A DNA stretch of 64,000 nucleotides, taken from assembly GCA_050294405.1 (NCBI GenBank), contig JBNKOC010000030.1, positions 32,001 through 96,000 of the forward strand, in the 5' to 3' direction. The stretch comes from Fibrobacteria bacterium (GTDB lineage Bacteria; Fibrobacterota; Fibrobacteria; UBA11236; JADFYW01). How positions within the stretch are numbered: the first letter of the stretch is position 1; each line of letters opens with the position of its first letter. Both the position numbers and the translations under genes were made by a program. The notes under the pieces are model-generated. The model searched no databases. It was not told the DNA's origin and saw only the letters and a program-made list of their open reading frames with translations. Of the stretch, positions 49,889 to 60,601 are shown in pieces.

Positions 49889-51550
49889 CTAGACATTTTC
49901 AATGGTATAACTGTAGCCTTGCTCTGTTAAAAACAATTGCCTGTTCATAGCGAAATCCTGTTCCCGGGTTTCTCTGGATACCAGCGAGTAAAAATGGGCC
50001 TGTGAGCCATTGGACTTAGGCCTAAGTACCCTACCTAACCTTTGAGCTTCTTCCTGCCGACTGCCAAAGGTGCCGGAAATTTGAATCAATACATTGGCAT
50101 CGGGCAAATCAATGGCAAAATTTCCCACTTTGCTTACAATTAAGGTGTTGATTTCTCCTGTGCGGAATTTTTGGTAATATTCCATTCGTACCGGGTTAGG
50201 GGTTTTACCCGTGATTAACGGTGCATCAATCCATCCGGCCATTTGATCCAGTTGTTCCAGATATTGCCCTATAATTAGCACCCGGTCTTTTCGGTGCTCT
50301 TCCAATAGCTTTTTCACCATTTTAATTTTGTCGGGATTGCAGGCGGCCACCACAATTTTTTTGCGCATTTCCGCCGTGGCATATTTGATTTTTTCGCTCA
50401 TGGGAAGGGGGATGCGGTACTCCATACAATGGGCAGTAGCTATCCAACCTTGTTTTTCCAACACCTTCCAGGGCACATCGTATTTTTTGGGGCCGATTAG
50501 GGAAAATACATCTGTCTCTTTACCATCTTCCCTTACCAAAGTTGCCGTAAGGCCTAAGCGGCGGGTGGCCTGCATGTCCGCGGACAGTCTGAATAGGGGG
50601 GCTGGCAATAAATGCACTTCGTCATAAACAATAAGTCCCCATTTATTTTGGTGGAAAATGTCAAAGTGCAAAAACTTGTCTGTTTTCTTTTTTCGGTAGG
50701 TGAGAATCTGATAAGTAGCCACAGTAACCGGACGCAAAGCCTTGTTGGCCCCGGTATACTCTCCCACCTGCTCTTCTTTTAAAGTGGTTTTGTCGAGAAT
50801 TTCCCTTATCCACTGGCGGGTGGCCACCACATTGGTGGTTAAAATTAATGTTTCTGTTTGGCAGCGGGCCATGGCCGCCATTCCCACTATGGTTTTTCCA
50901 GCGCCGCAGGGAAGAACCACCACGCCAGAACCTCCTTTTTCAGACCCTCCGGCATAAAAAATCTGGGAGGCTTCTTGCTGATAGTCCCGAAGTCCAAAAT
51001 CTTTTCCGTCGCCGGTTTTTTCTTTAAAGGAGATCTCCAAGGGGGCACCAGTTTGATACCCGGCCAGATCTTCCGCAGGAAAACCAATTTTTATAAGTTC
51101 CATTTTTAAAAGGCCCCGGCTCATGGGAAGTAGGGCAGCCTTGGTGGGGCTTTTGGGCTCAGCCAGATAAGGTTGTATTAATTTACTGCTGCTAATTTCT
51201 TTTAAAAGAATGGCCGAATCGGTTTCCAGTACAATATCGCTTCCCTCGCGGATAAGGCGGATTTTGCCATAGCGCTCCATTAGGTTTTGAATTTCGCTCA
51301 GCACGTTTCCGGGCACCGGATAGCGGCAAAAATCCTGCAGAGTCTGCTGGAATTCTTTTGCGTTGTGTCCTGCAGAGGCGGCATTCCAAAGAGATATAGG
51401 GGTTATGGAATAGGTATGTATATGTTCGGGACTTTTAACAAGTTCCGTAAAGGGGGCTATTTTATCTCTGGCTTCGGGATAATTGGGGTGATCCACCTCC
51501 ACTAAAATGCTCATATCACCTTGAACAATGAGCGGGCCTTTTGCTTCCAC
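49889..51550 (-). CDS. XPB/Ssl2-like DNA repair helicase
   Basis: ELVKSPEHIHTY.ITPISLWNA, LPCGAGKT, DEVH, GLTATLVRED, SRQEEAQRLGRVLRPK. Confidence 0.93.
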   Translation of the reverse strand: MEAKGPLIVQGDMSILVEVDHPNYPEARDKIAPFTELVKSPEHIHTYSITPISLWNAASAGHNAKEFQQTLQDFCRYPVPGNVLSEIQNLMERYGKIRLIREGSDIVLETDSAILLKEISSSKLIQPYLAEPKSPTKAALLPMSRGLLKMELIKIGFPAEDLAGYQTGAPLEISFKEKTGDGKDFGLRDYQQEASQIFYAGGSEKGGSGVVVLPCGAGKTIVGMAAMARCQTETLILTTNVVATRQWIREILDKTTLKEEQVGEYTGANKALRPVTVATYQILTYRKKKTDKFLHFDIFHQNKWGLIVYDEVHLLPAPLFRLSADMQATRRLGLTATLVREDGKETDVFSLIGPKKYDVPWKVLEKQGWIATAHCMEYRIPLPMSEKIKYATAEMRKKIVVAACNPDKIKMVKKLLEEHRKDRVLIIGQYLEQLDQMAGWIDAPLITGKTPNPVRMEYYQKFRTGEINTLIVSKVGNFAIDLPDANVLIQISGTFGSRQEEAQRLGRVLRPKSNGSQAHFYSLVSRETREQDFAMNRQLFLTEQGYSYTIENV

Positions 51551-51628
51551 AGATTTTCTCCAAAAAGGTTAAAAGGTAAAAAGTTTGCGCAGACTTCCCA
51601 GCGCAGCTATGGCGAACTTATTTTGGAC

Positions 51629-52450
51629 TTAAACCGCAAGGGCGCTTTTTCCCTGACCGGGAATAGATTCTAAAAGTGTTTTGGTGTAAGTGGATTGGGG
51701 GTTGCCAAAAACATTTTCCACTGTGCCAATTTCCCGAATGCAGCCCTTGGACATCACCGCCACTTCGTCGGATATATGTTTTACCACGCTTAAATCGTGG
51801 CTGATAAAAAGATAGGAAAGGCCAAGCTGCCCCTGTAAATCCATGAGCAAGTTTAAAATTTGCGCTTGGATTGATACATCCAGGCTGGAAACAGGTTCAT
51901 CGCATATAATAAGTTCCGGCTCTACACAAAGGGCCCGGGCAATTCCCAAACGCTGCAACTGGCCCCCGGAAAATTCGTGGGGAAAGCGGTCCAGGTATTC
52001 GGGAACAAGCCCCACCTGTTCCATTTTATGGGCCATAATTTGGGGCCACTGTTTTTTATCTTCCGGGTGGCTTAATTCCAGTGCCTCCGAAAGGCTTTTT
52101 CTCAAGCTAAGCCGGGGATTGAGGGAAGAATAAGGATCCTGAAAAATAATTTGAATCTTTTTGCGATAGGGTTTGAATTCCCTAGGGGACATTTCCAATA
52201 GGTTTTTTCCCTTAAAAAAAACCGCTCCCGTAGCGGTGGGAATCAAGCGGGCAATGGCAAGGCCAGTGGTGGTTTTCCCACAGCCCGATTCGCCCACAAG
52301 GCCCAGGGTTTTGTTTCTTTTTATTTGAAAGCTGATCCCTTTAACGGCCTGAAACTCTTCCTGATTTTTGTAGTAATTGACTTTTAAGTTTTTAACATCT
52401 AAAAGTTCATTTACCTTTAGGCTGCCCGTTTTACGCTTTTTGCGTTCCAT
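51629..52450 (-). CDS. Oligopeptide/dipeptide ABC transporter ATP-binding protein (OppF/DppF type)
   Basis: GESGCGKT, FQDPYSSLNPR, FSGGQLQR, CDEPVSSLD, SHDL. Confidence 0.93.
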   Translation of the reverse strand: MERKKRKTGSLKVNELLDVKNLKVNYYKNQEEFQAVKGISFQIKRNKTLGLVGESGCGKTTTGLAIARLIPTATGAVFFKGKNLLEMSPREFKPYRKKIQIIFQDPYSSLNPRLSLRKSLSEALELSHPEDKKQWPQIMAHKMEQVGLVPEYLDRFPHEFSGGQLQRLGIARALCVEPELIICDEPVSSLDVSIQAQILNLLMDLQGQLGLSYLFISHDLSVVKHISDEVAVMSKGCIREIGTVENVFGNPQSTYTKTLLESIPGQGKSALAV

Positions 52451-52579
52451 GCTTAAAACCTAAAATTTTAGAAGGCTTTTAGTCATTTTTTCCGCAAAAT
52501 CCCTGTAAAACTTTCCCAAAATCTGAAATTTTTTGGGGCCTTATTATATTTACCCCAAACAATTTGGAATGGAGCAAAA

Positions 52580-55102
52580 GTGGCAAAGTACAATCCTAAA
52601 GAAATTGAGCCTAAATGGCAGGATTATTGGCTGGAAAACAAAACTTTTAAAGCAACGGAAAATCCCGAGAAAAAAAAGTATTACGCCCTGGATATGTTTC
52701 CTTACCCTTCAGGTGCGGGAATGCATGTGGGCCATCCCGAAGGTTACACCGCTACCGATATAATTTGCCGCTATAAGCGCATGAATAATTTTAATGTGCT
52801 TCATCCTATGGGATGGGACGCCTATGGCCTTCCCGCCGAACAATACGCCATTAAAACAGGCACCCATCCAAAAATCACTACAGAAAATAACATCAACAAT
52901 TTCCGCAGGCAAATCAGGGCTCTGGGTTTTTCTTACGATTGGGATAGGGAAGTCAACACCACAGATCCAAGCTATTTTAAATGGACCCAATGGATTTTTA
53001 AACAGCTTTTTAACCACTGGTACGATGGCGAATTAAATAAGGCCAGGCCCATTTCCGAACTTCCCATCCCAAAGGATATTGCCGCCAACCCCAAAGAAAA
53101 AGAAGCTTATATATCTAAACATCGCCTGGCTTATTTGGATGAGGTGCCTGTTTGGTGGTGCGAGGCTTTGGGAACAGTTCTTGCCAACGAAGAAGTCATT
53201 GATGGAAAAAGCGAGAGAGGCAGCCACCCTTGCGAAAGAAAGCCTTTAAAACAATGGATGTTGCGTATTACTAAATACGCGGACAGGCTTATAGATGATT
53301 TGGAAGATTTGGATTGGCCGGAATCCATTAAAATTATGCAACGCAACTGGATTGGCCGTTCCGAAGGCGCTTTGGTGGAATTTGTATTAGATGGCATTTC
53401 CGAAAGCGTAAAAGTATTTACCACCCGCCCCGACACCCTTTTCGGGGCCACTTACATGGTATTGGCTCCTGAACACCCTTTGGTTGAAAAAATCACCAGC
53501 AGTGGAAATAAAGCCAAAGTAGAAGCTTATGTTAATGAGGCAAAAGGCAAATCTGAATTGGAACGTGGCATTGACAGAGAAAAAACGGGAGTCTTCACTG
53601 GCGGTTACGCCATAAACCCCGTTAACGGAGATAAAATTCCCGTATGGATTTCCGACTATGTTATGATGGGTTACGGAACCGGGGCCATTATGGCGGTCCC
53701 CGCCCATGATGAAAGGGATTACGCCTTCGCCAAAAAATTCGAATTGCCTATCATAGAAGTTATCTCCGGTGGAGATATTTCCAAAGAAGCTTACGTTGGA
53801 GATGGCCCCCATGTTAACAGCGGTTTTTTAGACGGGCTGGACGTTCCCACAGGCAAAAAGAAAATGGCTGAGTGGCTGGAAGAAAAAGGTCTTGGTAAAG
53901 CCAAGGTTCAATACAAACTCAGAGACTGGCTCTTTAGCCGGCAACGTTACTGGGGCGAGCCTTTCCCTGTGGTTCATTCTGAAAATGGGATTCAATCGGT
54001 GGAAGATTCCGAGCTTCCAGTGCTTCCCCCTGAATTGGATGATTTTAAACCCACCGGCACAATGGAGCCCCCTCTGGCCAAGGATAAAAACTGGGTTCAT
54101 TATTTTAATCAGAAAACGGGCTTAAAAGGTATGCGCGAAGTCAACACCATGCCCCAGTGGGCCGGAAGCTGCTGGTATTTTTTGCGTTATCTCGATCCTA
54201 ACAATGACAAGGCTTTTTGTGATGCTAACATTGAAAAATACTGGATGCCTGTTGATCTATACATCGGGGGCGCAGAACATGCTGTGCTGCATTTATTGTA
54301 CTCCCGATTCTGGTTTAAATTTTTATACGACATTGGTTGCGTGAGCGGCCCGGAGCCTTTTAAAAAATTGGTGAACCAAGGCATTATCCTGGGAGAAAAC
54401 GGCGAAAAAATGTCCAAATCCTTGGGCAATGTGGTGAGTCCCGATGAGGTGATTGAATCCCACGGCGCCGATGCCATGCGTCTTTACGAGATGTTTATGG
54501 GCCCCTTGGAGCGTATGAAACCCTGGAGTACATCAGGCCTCGAAGGTCAAACCCGGTTTTTAAGTAAAGTGTGGCGTTTGATTGTGGGCGATGAAGATAC
54601 GGCCCTGGAAATTTCAGAGGAAAATCCTCCGAAAGATTTACTTCGGCTAGCCCATCAAACTATTCAAAAAGTAACGGAGGATATTGAAAACCTTCGTTTT
54701 AACACTGCCATTTCCCAGCTCATGATTTTTTCCAACGAAATGCAAAAGCACGGGAAGAACTTTCGCTTTACGGCAGAGACCATGACCAAGCTTTTGGCTC
54801 CCTTCGCCCCTCATTTAGGGGAAGAATTGTGGAGTCGACTGGGCCATTCGGATAGCATCGCCTACCAAAGCTGGCCTGAGCTCGATGCCAACCTGGCAAA
54901 GGACGATTTGGTCACTGTAGTTTTTCAAACCAATGGCAAGTTGCGCGCCAAGGTGGAGGTGGAAAAGGGGCTTAGCAAAGAAGCCCTTGAGAATCTGGCC
55001 CGGGAAAACCAAAATATCCAAAAACATCTCGAGGGAAGCCAACTGGTAAAGCTCATTGTGGTACCCAATAAACTGGTGAATTTTGTAATTAAACCCAAAT
55101 GA
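52580..55102 (+). CDS. leuS: Leucine--tRNA ligase
   Basis: [14 protein letters not shown] (HIGH), FTTRPDT editing domain, RQRYWG, KMSKS. Confidence 0.98.
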   Translation: MAKYNPKEIEPKWQDYWLENKTFKATENPEKKKYYALDMFPYPSGAGMHVGHPEGYTATDIICRYKRMNNFNVLHPMGWDAYGLPAEQYAIKTGTHPKITTENNINNFRRQIRALGFSYDWDREVNTTDPSYFKWTQWIFKQLFNHWYDGELNKARPISELPIPKDIAANPKEKEAYISKHRLAYLDEVPVWWCEALGTVLANEEVIDGKSERGSHPCERKPLKQWMLRITKYADRLIDDLEDLDWPESIKIMQRNWIGRSEGALVEFVLDGISESVKVFTTRPDTLFGATYMVLAPEHPLVEKITSSGNKAKVEAYVNEAKGKSELERGIDREKTGVFTGGYAINPVNGDKIPVWISDYVMMGYGTGAIMAVPAHDERDYAFAKKFELPIIEVISGGDISKEAYVGDGPHVNSGFLDGLDVPTGKKKMAEWLEEKGLGKAKVQYKLRDWLFSRQRYWGEPFPVVHSENGIQSVEDSELPVLPPELDDFKPTGTMEPPLAKDKNWVHYFNQKTGLKGMREVNTMPQWAGSCWYFLRYLDPNNDKAFCDANIEKYWMPVDLYIGGAEHAVLHLLYSRFWFKFLYDIGCVSGPEPFKKLVNQGIILGENGEKMSKSLGNVVSPDEVIESHGADAMRLYEMFMGPLERMKPWSTSGLEGQTRFLSKVWRLIVGDEDTALEISEENPPKDLLRLAHQTIQKVTEDIENLRFNTAISQLMIFSNEMQKHGKNFRFTAETMTKLLAPFAPHLGEELWSRLGHSDSIAYQSWPELDANLAKDDLVTVVFQTNGKLRAKVEVEKGLSKEALENLARENQNIQKHLEGSQLVKLIVVPNKLVNFVIKPK

Positions 55103-55112
55103 TTTTTATAGC

Positions 55113-56309
55113 TTGTTTGTTATGGTAAATTCAATATTTGGCAACGGCTTAAACCATTTCCGGGGAATTCTAAGGCTCCTTATTTTGTGTTTTGCCCTTG
55201 GCTGTGTCCCCATGTTAATGGCTCATCCCAATGGCTCGTCTGTTTTGACCATTGATTTAAAATTGCCCGACAGCCTGATTTTAAATGTTAATGCCAACAT
55301 GGGGGATATTGGCAATAGCGCCGGCGTTTTTGGATATGGCCAGGAATATGAAAACCCCGAATCCATGTGCAACAAAATCCAAAGCTATTTGTTTAGCCGC
55401 CTTCCCATTGCCTTTGACGGGGAAGTAGCCACTAACATGGAAGTTATACGTTGGAAAGAAAACGGAAACGGCCCGACGGATTTGCTGGACAGCAGCAACC
55501 TTAGGGATTCCATTATAGACATATCCATTTATTTTCCTGTTCCCGAAGGAGCAAAGGAATTTCAAATTACAGCGCAAACCTTTGCCGAATATGGAATTTT
55601 AGCTTTGGCCAACACCAAGGTTAACTGGAAGGGAAAAGAACTTTATCAGGAAATAGTTCCCCTGGATAAATCCCTATTCGCTCCATTAACAGAAGAAAAA
55701 CTACAAGCCCGAATGGAGGAACTTAAAAAAGCCGAAGAGAGGTTAAAGCACCCACCTCCCAAACCATTTTCTGAGTTTTTTAAACTGGCCTTTTTAGGTT
55801 CCTTTAGCTCCATTTATTGGCCCCTGGTCCTGGGAGCATTATTCGTAATTTTTGGGCGCACTTTTATTATGGGGCCGGGATTGCTTTTGCTCCACGCCCT
55901 TTGCCTTTATGTTGCCTTTTTTCTTTCAGCTAAAGGTCAGTTTAGTTTTGACTATAACCTGGGCCAGGCAATTTATGCCTTGGGTATTTTATTTTTTGGT
56001 TTTTCAATTTGGTTGAACTGGAAATTAAAAGTCCTGGCATTTCCCGTTGCGTTGTTCACAGCGTTTTTAATGGGCTCGGGACTTAGCTCTTCACTGTTTG
56101 TATTTGGGATGAACCCTCAGGATTTCCAGAACTTTTCGTTGGCATCTGCTTTAGGCATTTTGCTGGCCCAGCTTATTGTAGCCCTTCCTCTGGGAGGGGT
56201 TAGTATTGTGGCCGGCAAGGGTAGTAGGTCTCAAAATAAAATAACCCCCATTTTTGGCATTTTGGGTGTCATCGCCGGTGTTTTATCTCTGCTACTGGCT
56301 TTTTTATAG
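55113..56309 (+). CDS. Membrane protein with exported N-terminal domain and degenerate HupE/UreJ-like TM domain
   Basis: Signal peptide ending AH; soluble domain; about six C-terminal TM helices with HupE/UreJ-like spacing. Confidence 0.55.
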   Translation: MFVMVNSIFGNGLNHFRGILRLLILCFALGCVPMLMAHPNGSSVLTIDLKLPDSLILNVNANMGDIGNSAGVFGYGQEYENPESMCNKIQSYLFSRLPIAFDGEVATNMEVIRWKENGNGPTDLLDSSNLRDSIIDISIYFPVPEGAKEFQITAQTFAEYGILALANTKVNWKGKELYQEIVPLDKSLFAPLTEEKLQARMEELKKAEERLKHPPPKPFSEFFKLAFLGSFSSIYWPLVLGALFVIFGRTFIMGPGLLLLHALCLYVAFFLSAKGQFSFDYNLGQAIYALGILFFGFSIWLNWKLKVLAFPVALFTAFLMGSGLSSSLFVFGMNPQDFQNFSLASALGILLAQLIVALPLGGVSIVAGKGSRSQNKITPIFGILGVIAGVLSLLLAFL

Positions 56310-56355
56310 GCGGTAGTCAGTAGGCAATAAAAATTTTATTATTCAAAGCGAATTA

Positions 56356-56973
56356 ATGCTCTTTCACTTTGAGGAATTTGTGCGAAAATTATCTTGGCTG
56401 CTGCTTCTCATATTAATCCAGTTTGCTCCTGCGCTGGAGGGGTTAAACGAAGATGGGAGCTTAAATAAAGAAGCCATTCAAAAGCTCTATTTTGACGGTG
56501 ATTTTGCCAAAGTGGTGGAAGTTTTAGAGAGCTACCGCAAAGCAAACCCCAATCCATCTGTGGATGATAAAATTTTTATGTACAAACATTTAAGCGTGGT
56601 TTATGCTGCTAACCCCGATACCAGAGTTAAGGGCGAAAGTTTTATGTATCAATTATTAAAACTGGTTCCCACCGCCTCTTTAATTGATATGTACATTTCC
56701 GATAATATTAAGGCTATTTTTCAGAATGTAAAACAAGAGTTTGAAGAAAGGCAGCGTTATCTCACTGGAAAGGCCGGTTCTGATAGCACCAGTACGGTAA
56801 AAAGCGGCGACAAAAAAAGTTCCAACTCCGATACCAAAAAACAAGTGAAAAAAAAGAAAAGCAAAGCCTGGATCTGGTGGACTGCGGGTGGAGTCGCTGT
56901 GGCTGGCGGCGTGGTAGCTTTTGTTTTGCTGAGCCAGGAAAAAGAGCCTTTAACGCTTTCCCCGGAAAACTAA
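56356..56973 (+). CDS. Hypothetical exported protein with C-terminal membrane anchor
   Basis: Signal peptide, helical TPR-like region, KKKKSKAWIWW..GGVAVAGG anchor. Confidence 0.7.
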   Translation: MLFHFEEFVRKLSWLLLLILIQFAPALEGLNEDGSLNKEAIQKLYFDGDFAKVVEVLESYRKANPNPSVDDKIFMYKHLSVVYAANPDTRVKGESFMYQLLKLVPTASLIDMYISDNIKAIFQNVKQEFEERQRYLTGKAGSDSTSTVKSGDKKSSNSDTKKQVKKKKSKAWIWWTAGGVAVAGGVVAFVLLSQEKEPLTLSPEN

Positions 56974-56982
56974 TCGAAAATT

Positions 56983-58893
56983 TTATAAAATTTTAGTGTT
57001 TTCAGGGCGTCGAATATTTCCTATTCGTTTGTATTCAGCCTTTATCTTATTGGGATCTTGATGCTGAATTGAGTTGCTGGCTAGGGCTTTAAGTGAGTCC
57101 GCTTGGGCAAAATCTCTTTTACTGCTGTCGGGATGGCTGGTAAGGATAAAAACCATACCATCGGTGGCCAACGGATCTCCAGGATAATTTTGCAGCACAT
57201 TTTGAAGCTCGGAATAGGCTTTATTGTAGTCGTTTTCGAAAATAAGCAATTGGGCAAAATTGATTTGGGCAGGGGAGTAGTTGGGGGCCAGTTTTAAGGC
57301 TTTTTCAAAGAGAACTCTGGCTTGGTTTAAATTTTTTTCCTGGAGGAAACTAAACCCCATGTTATTAAGCGCTTCGGGGTTGTCCGGGTGAAGTTTAAGG
57401 CTCTTTTCATAATAGTCCCTAGCTGCAACAACATTGCCCTTTTTGAAATGGGCGTTTCCCAAATAATTGAGTGTCAAATAATTTTCGGAATCAAAATCCA
57501 AAGCTGCTTGCAAATGGCTAATGGCTAAATCGTAATTTCCCTGGTCGATTAATATTTTTGCCAAATGGTTCCGGGAATCCGTATAGCGGGGATTGATGTT
57601 AATGGAATTCTGGTAATGTATGGCTGCATTGGCGAAATCGCCCCGGTCTTCAAGTTCCACGGCCACATTGTACTGGCTGTACCAGCATTTGGGATTGGCT
57701 TCAATAATTTTCTGGTATATTTCAAGGTTATCCCTATTGGAATGAAAATGGGAATAAGTGAGAGCCGCCAGTGGGATAAAAAACAGCGACCACATAAAGG
57801 CGTGTTTTAATTGGGGCGATTTAAATAAATGTGTGGGATTGGCTTTTCCCAGGCTGAGCTCCATGCCTTCTTGTATGTCTGTATCGCGGACTTTCCAAAC
57901 AAAGCCCTCGTAATAAAAGTGAAGTATGCCCGAAGATACCAATAATGCGGTGATTAATCTGTAGTAAAAATCGTCTTCCAATAAATGGGGGATGGTGCCC
58001 AAGGCGCCGTAAGACAAAACCAGGGCTGTATATATAAAGATCCACATTTTTTTCTGAGAGAAAATGGTTTTTATAAAATTACCGATTTCGGGATGTCTCT
58101 GAGAACGGTTGTGGTTGTAAGTCCAGGTGAGGGGCGTGATTTGAGCCCAATGGATAATTTCCCAAATACATAGGCCCACAATTACATTCTTAACTTCCAC
58201 AAAGGCGTAATACCACATGGCTATGTTTGTGATAAAAAGAGCCAGTTTCAAATGGTTTTTTAAGGGGAAGATAGAACGCTTGGCAAAATAATGAAGCAGG
58301 TATAATAAGGTGAAAAGCCCTAGAAAGATTTTCGCAGAATTTTGCAGAAACAATATGTTGCTGGCGCTTAAAAATGGGCCTCCGGTTTGGTAAAAAACCG
58401 CCATGTATCCACCCAGTCGCCAGGGGGATAGGATGATGACGCAGTAAAACCAGGCGAGTATTAACATCCAGTCAAGGCGGGCGGTAAGAGAATCGATTTT
58501 GCCGATTTTGGAATCGTACATGCGGCCGATGCCGAAAATTTGGGAGGCGCTGTGCCAGGCTATCCAAAGGAGGATGAGGAAGTAGTAGGCTTTGATGTCG
58601 TAAAATGTATATAGGCCGGCTAGAGGGATGAGGACAAGCGGGGCGATGATAAAACGCCATTTGTATTTTTTGAAAAGCAGGCGGTCTCCGTAGGCGCGCA
58701 AAAAGCTGGGGAAATGGTGGCCGAGACCTAAAAAGCTGGCGGTAAAAAAGGCCAGTTTTAAGGAGGCGTTGGTATCGGAATAAAAGACCACTACGGGGAT
58801 GACTAATATGGGGGTGCCCAGGTAGAATATCCAATCCATGAGGGAATTGTGAATCCAGGGTTTTGGGGAGGGAATTGCTGCTGCTTGGGCCAT
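56983..58893 (-). CDS. Polytopic membrane protein with His motifs fused to TPR repeats
   Basis: About ten TM helices with GHHF, WHSASQ, IHWAQ and LHFYYEGFVWK; C-terminal TPRs (YNVA, NHLA, NYLG, NNMG, INFA). Confidence 0.8.
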   Translation of the reverse strand: MAQAAAIPSPKPWIHNSLMDWIFYLGTPILVIPVVVFYSDTNASLKLAFFTASFLGLGHHFPSFLRAYGDRLLFKKYKWRFIIAPLVLIPLAGLYTFYDIKAYYFLILLWIAWHSASQIFGIGRMYDSKIGKIDSLTARLDWMLILAWFYCVIILSPWRLGGYMAVFYQTGGPFLSASNILFLQNSAKIFLGLFTLLYLLHYFAKRSIFPLKNHLKLALFITNIAMWYYAFVEVKNVIVGLCIWEIIHWAQITPLTWTYNHNRSQRHPEIGNFIKTIFSQKKMWIFIYTALVLSYGALGTIPHLLEDDFYYRLITALLVSSGILHFYYEGFVWKVRDTDIQEGMELSLGKANPTHLFKSPQLKHAFMWSLFFIPLAALTYSHFHSNRDNLEIYQKIIEANPKCWYSQYNVAVELEDRGDFANAAIHYQNSININPRYTDSRNHLAKILIDQGNYDLAISHLQAALDFDSENYLTLNYLGNAHFKKGNVVAARDYYEKSLKLHPDNPEALNNMGFSFLQEKNLNQARVLFEKALKLAPNYSPAQINFAQLLIFENDYNKAYSELQNVLQNYPGDPLATDGMVFILTSHPDSSKRDFAQADSLKALASNSIQHQDPNKIKAEYKRIGNIRRPENTKIL

Positions 58894-59044
58894 AATTCTG
58901 TGCTAAGTAATTTACAAAAAGGCAGGGGGGCTGGGGAATATTAGCCGTAATTTATGGGGAAATTGAGGAGCATAGTGGAATATTGAAATTATAATGGGCG
59001 CAAGAAAAGATAATTTTTCCGCGCAGGGTAAATTCGGTCCGAGA

Positions 59045-60424
59045 TCAAAGAACTGTGAACTTTTGCAAAATTGGGCTTTTTCCAGCCATTACAAATTTAA
59101 GGAAATATAGGCCTTTTACTAATCGCTTCTTTGAATACTGAAAATTACTAACATTATTTTTAGAAAACATTTTTTGTCCCTGGATTGTTATAATTTCAAG
59201 TCTACCAGCTACCTTAGATGTTAGCTGGATATATTGAGGAAAATTTATAATATGTGGAGATTGTGGACTTGAAAAACCTTTCACTCCCAACTTTTCCACA
59301 ATATGTTCGGTGATTTGAAAATTAGAATCCACAAGAGCGAGTCCATCACAATTAGCCAAATTAGCTGAGCATTTCGTACTGTCATATCCTGCCAAAAAAT
59401 AAAGCATGTTTGTAAAAAACCTTTCTAAATCTCCAGTGCCCCCGTCAAAACTTCGGTTATTTTCGGTAGTATCACTCAAGTCAAACTGGTCGTGTCCTGA
59501 AGGAAAATAGGCCGTCCAGCCTTTTCCTATTTGCTGAAGCCAACTATGGACATTTCCACCAGGAAACTTGTTTGCTTCGGGTAGGGCGTTTCCAAGAGTT
59601 CGGTGGTCAAAAAACAAAAGAGGAATAAAATTGTCCGAATATGGTTTTTCGGTTCGCACATCTATTTGAAATTGATACCATTCATTTCGCATCATGCGAT
59701 AGGGTATGCCTTCTAACGAAATTGGGGATCCAGAAGAATCTGTACCCATCAAAACACCGGGAGTTTCTTTTCCATTAAAAGCAGATAGCTGTGTATTTGT
59801 GTTGAGAATGCCATCTAAAACAACATGATTTTTATTTTTTTCCCACTTGTAAACCGGAGCAGCTACATCGTTTTGCAAACTTCCATAGTAACTTAAAGGG
59901 TGAAGAGAATCTATATAAAAACTCCACGAGGAGTTTCCAAAATGATCTCCGCTGGCATGGTTTCCAAAGTAGCCAATACCCTCTTCCACTATAGCGTTGC
60001 GAATCGCATTGCGCCTTTGTTCCCCAAGTGCATCACGTCCAAAATCGCTAATATTATTTGCAAAAATAACTTGGCCTTGTTTTAGATCGTCTAGCGTGAA
60101 ATCGGGCAGGCTGCCACGTGAGGTGCCTCCACTTGCACCAGTAAAGTGAGAAAATGTAAAACCCTCTCTCTGGGCAATGTTATTAAGCGCGCCGGTCAAA
60201 ATGGGTTTACCCTGATTATGATGGTAGTTCAGGGTAAAATTAAGTTCCACAACATGTCTTAATTTTGAGCTGTACTTTACGTAACTGCTGTCGCCATTTT
60301 CAATTACTAGCCGAACATGTTCCTTGACTGGTGTAGTTGTTTTGGATTGGGAATATGAATTAAGGGTAACAAAAACTATGTAGGCAACAGTTAGAAGCAT
60401 TATTCTTGTTTGGAATTTCATCAT
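59045..60424 (-). CDS. Secreted ThuA-like domain protein with T9SS-type C-terminal domain (paralog 2)
   Basis: GIGYFGNHASGD, NEWYQF, IGKGWTAYFPSGHD; C-terminal IITIQGQ...KGLYFLK...KFTVL. Confidence 0.72.
   Translation of the reverse strand: MMKFQTRIMLLTVAYIVFVTLNSYSQSKTTTPVKEHVRLVIENGDSSYVKYSSKLRHVVELNFTLNYHHNQGKPILTGALNNIAQREGFTFSHFTGASGGTSRGSLPDFTLDDLKQGQVIFANNISDFGRDALGEQRRNAIRNAIVEEGIGYFGNHASGDHFGNSSWSFYIDSLHPLSYYGSLQNDVAAPVYKWEKNKNHVVLDGILNTNTQLSAFNGKETPGVLMGTDSSGSPISLEGIPYRMMRNEWYQFQIDVRTEKPYSDNFIPLLFFDHRTLGNALPEANKFPGGNVHSWLQQIGKGWTAYFPSGHDQFDLSDTTENNRSFDGGTGDLERFFTNMLYFLAGYDSTKCSANLANCDGLALVDSNFQITEHIVEKLGVKGFSSPQSPHIINFPQYIQLTSKVAGRLEIITIQGQKMFSKNNVSNFQYSKKRLVKGLYFLKFVMAGKSPILQKFTVL
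60080..60214. repeat. Near-identical tract shared by the two ThuA-like paralogs, copy 1
   Basis: Matches 61640-61774 (offset 1560) with 5 mismatches in 135 bp by hand alignment. Confidence 0.9.
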
Positions 60425-60535
60425 ATTACGAATCGAGAGATTTAAAAAACATAAAAAGTTCTATAATATTAGACAAGGTAAATTTTTGTAAAAAGTAGCG
60501 ATGTGAATGGAAAGGGGCTAATTTGTATTAAAATA

Positions 60536-60564
60536 AAAAAGGGAGCTTATGTAAGCTCCCTTTT
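60536..60564. terminator. Bidirectional-type intrinsic terminator between the paralogs
   Basis: AAAAA-GGGAGCTTA-TG-TAAGCTCCC-TTTT. Confidence 0.85.
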
Positions 60565-60601
60565 CGAAAAACAATGCGAAAAACAATATGATGTAATTGA
60601 T

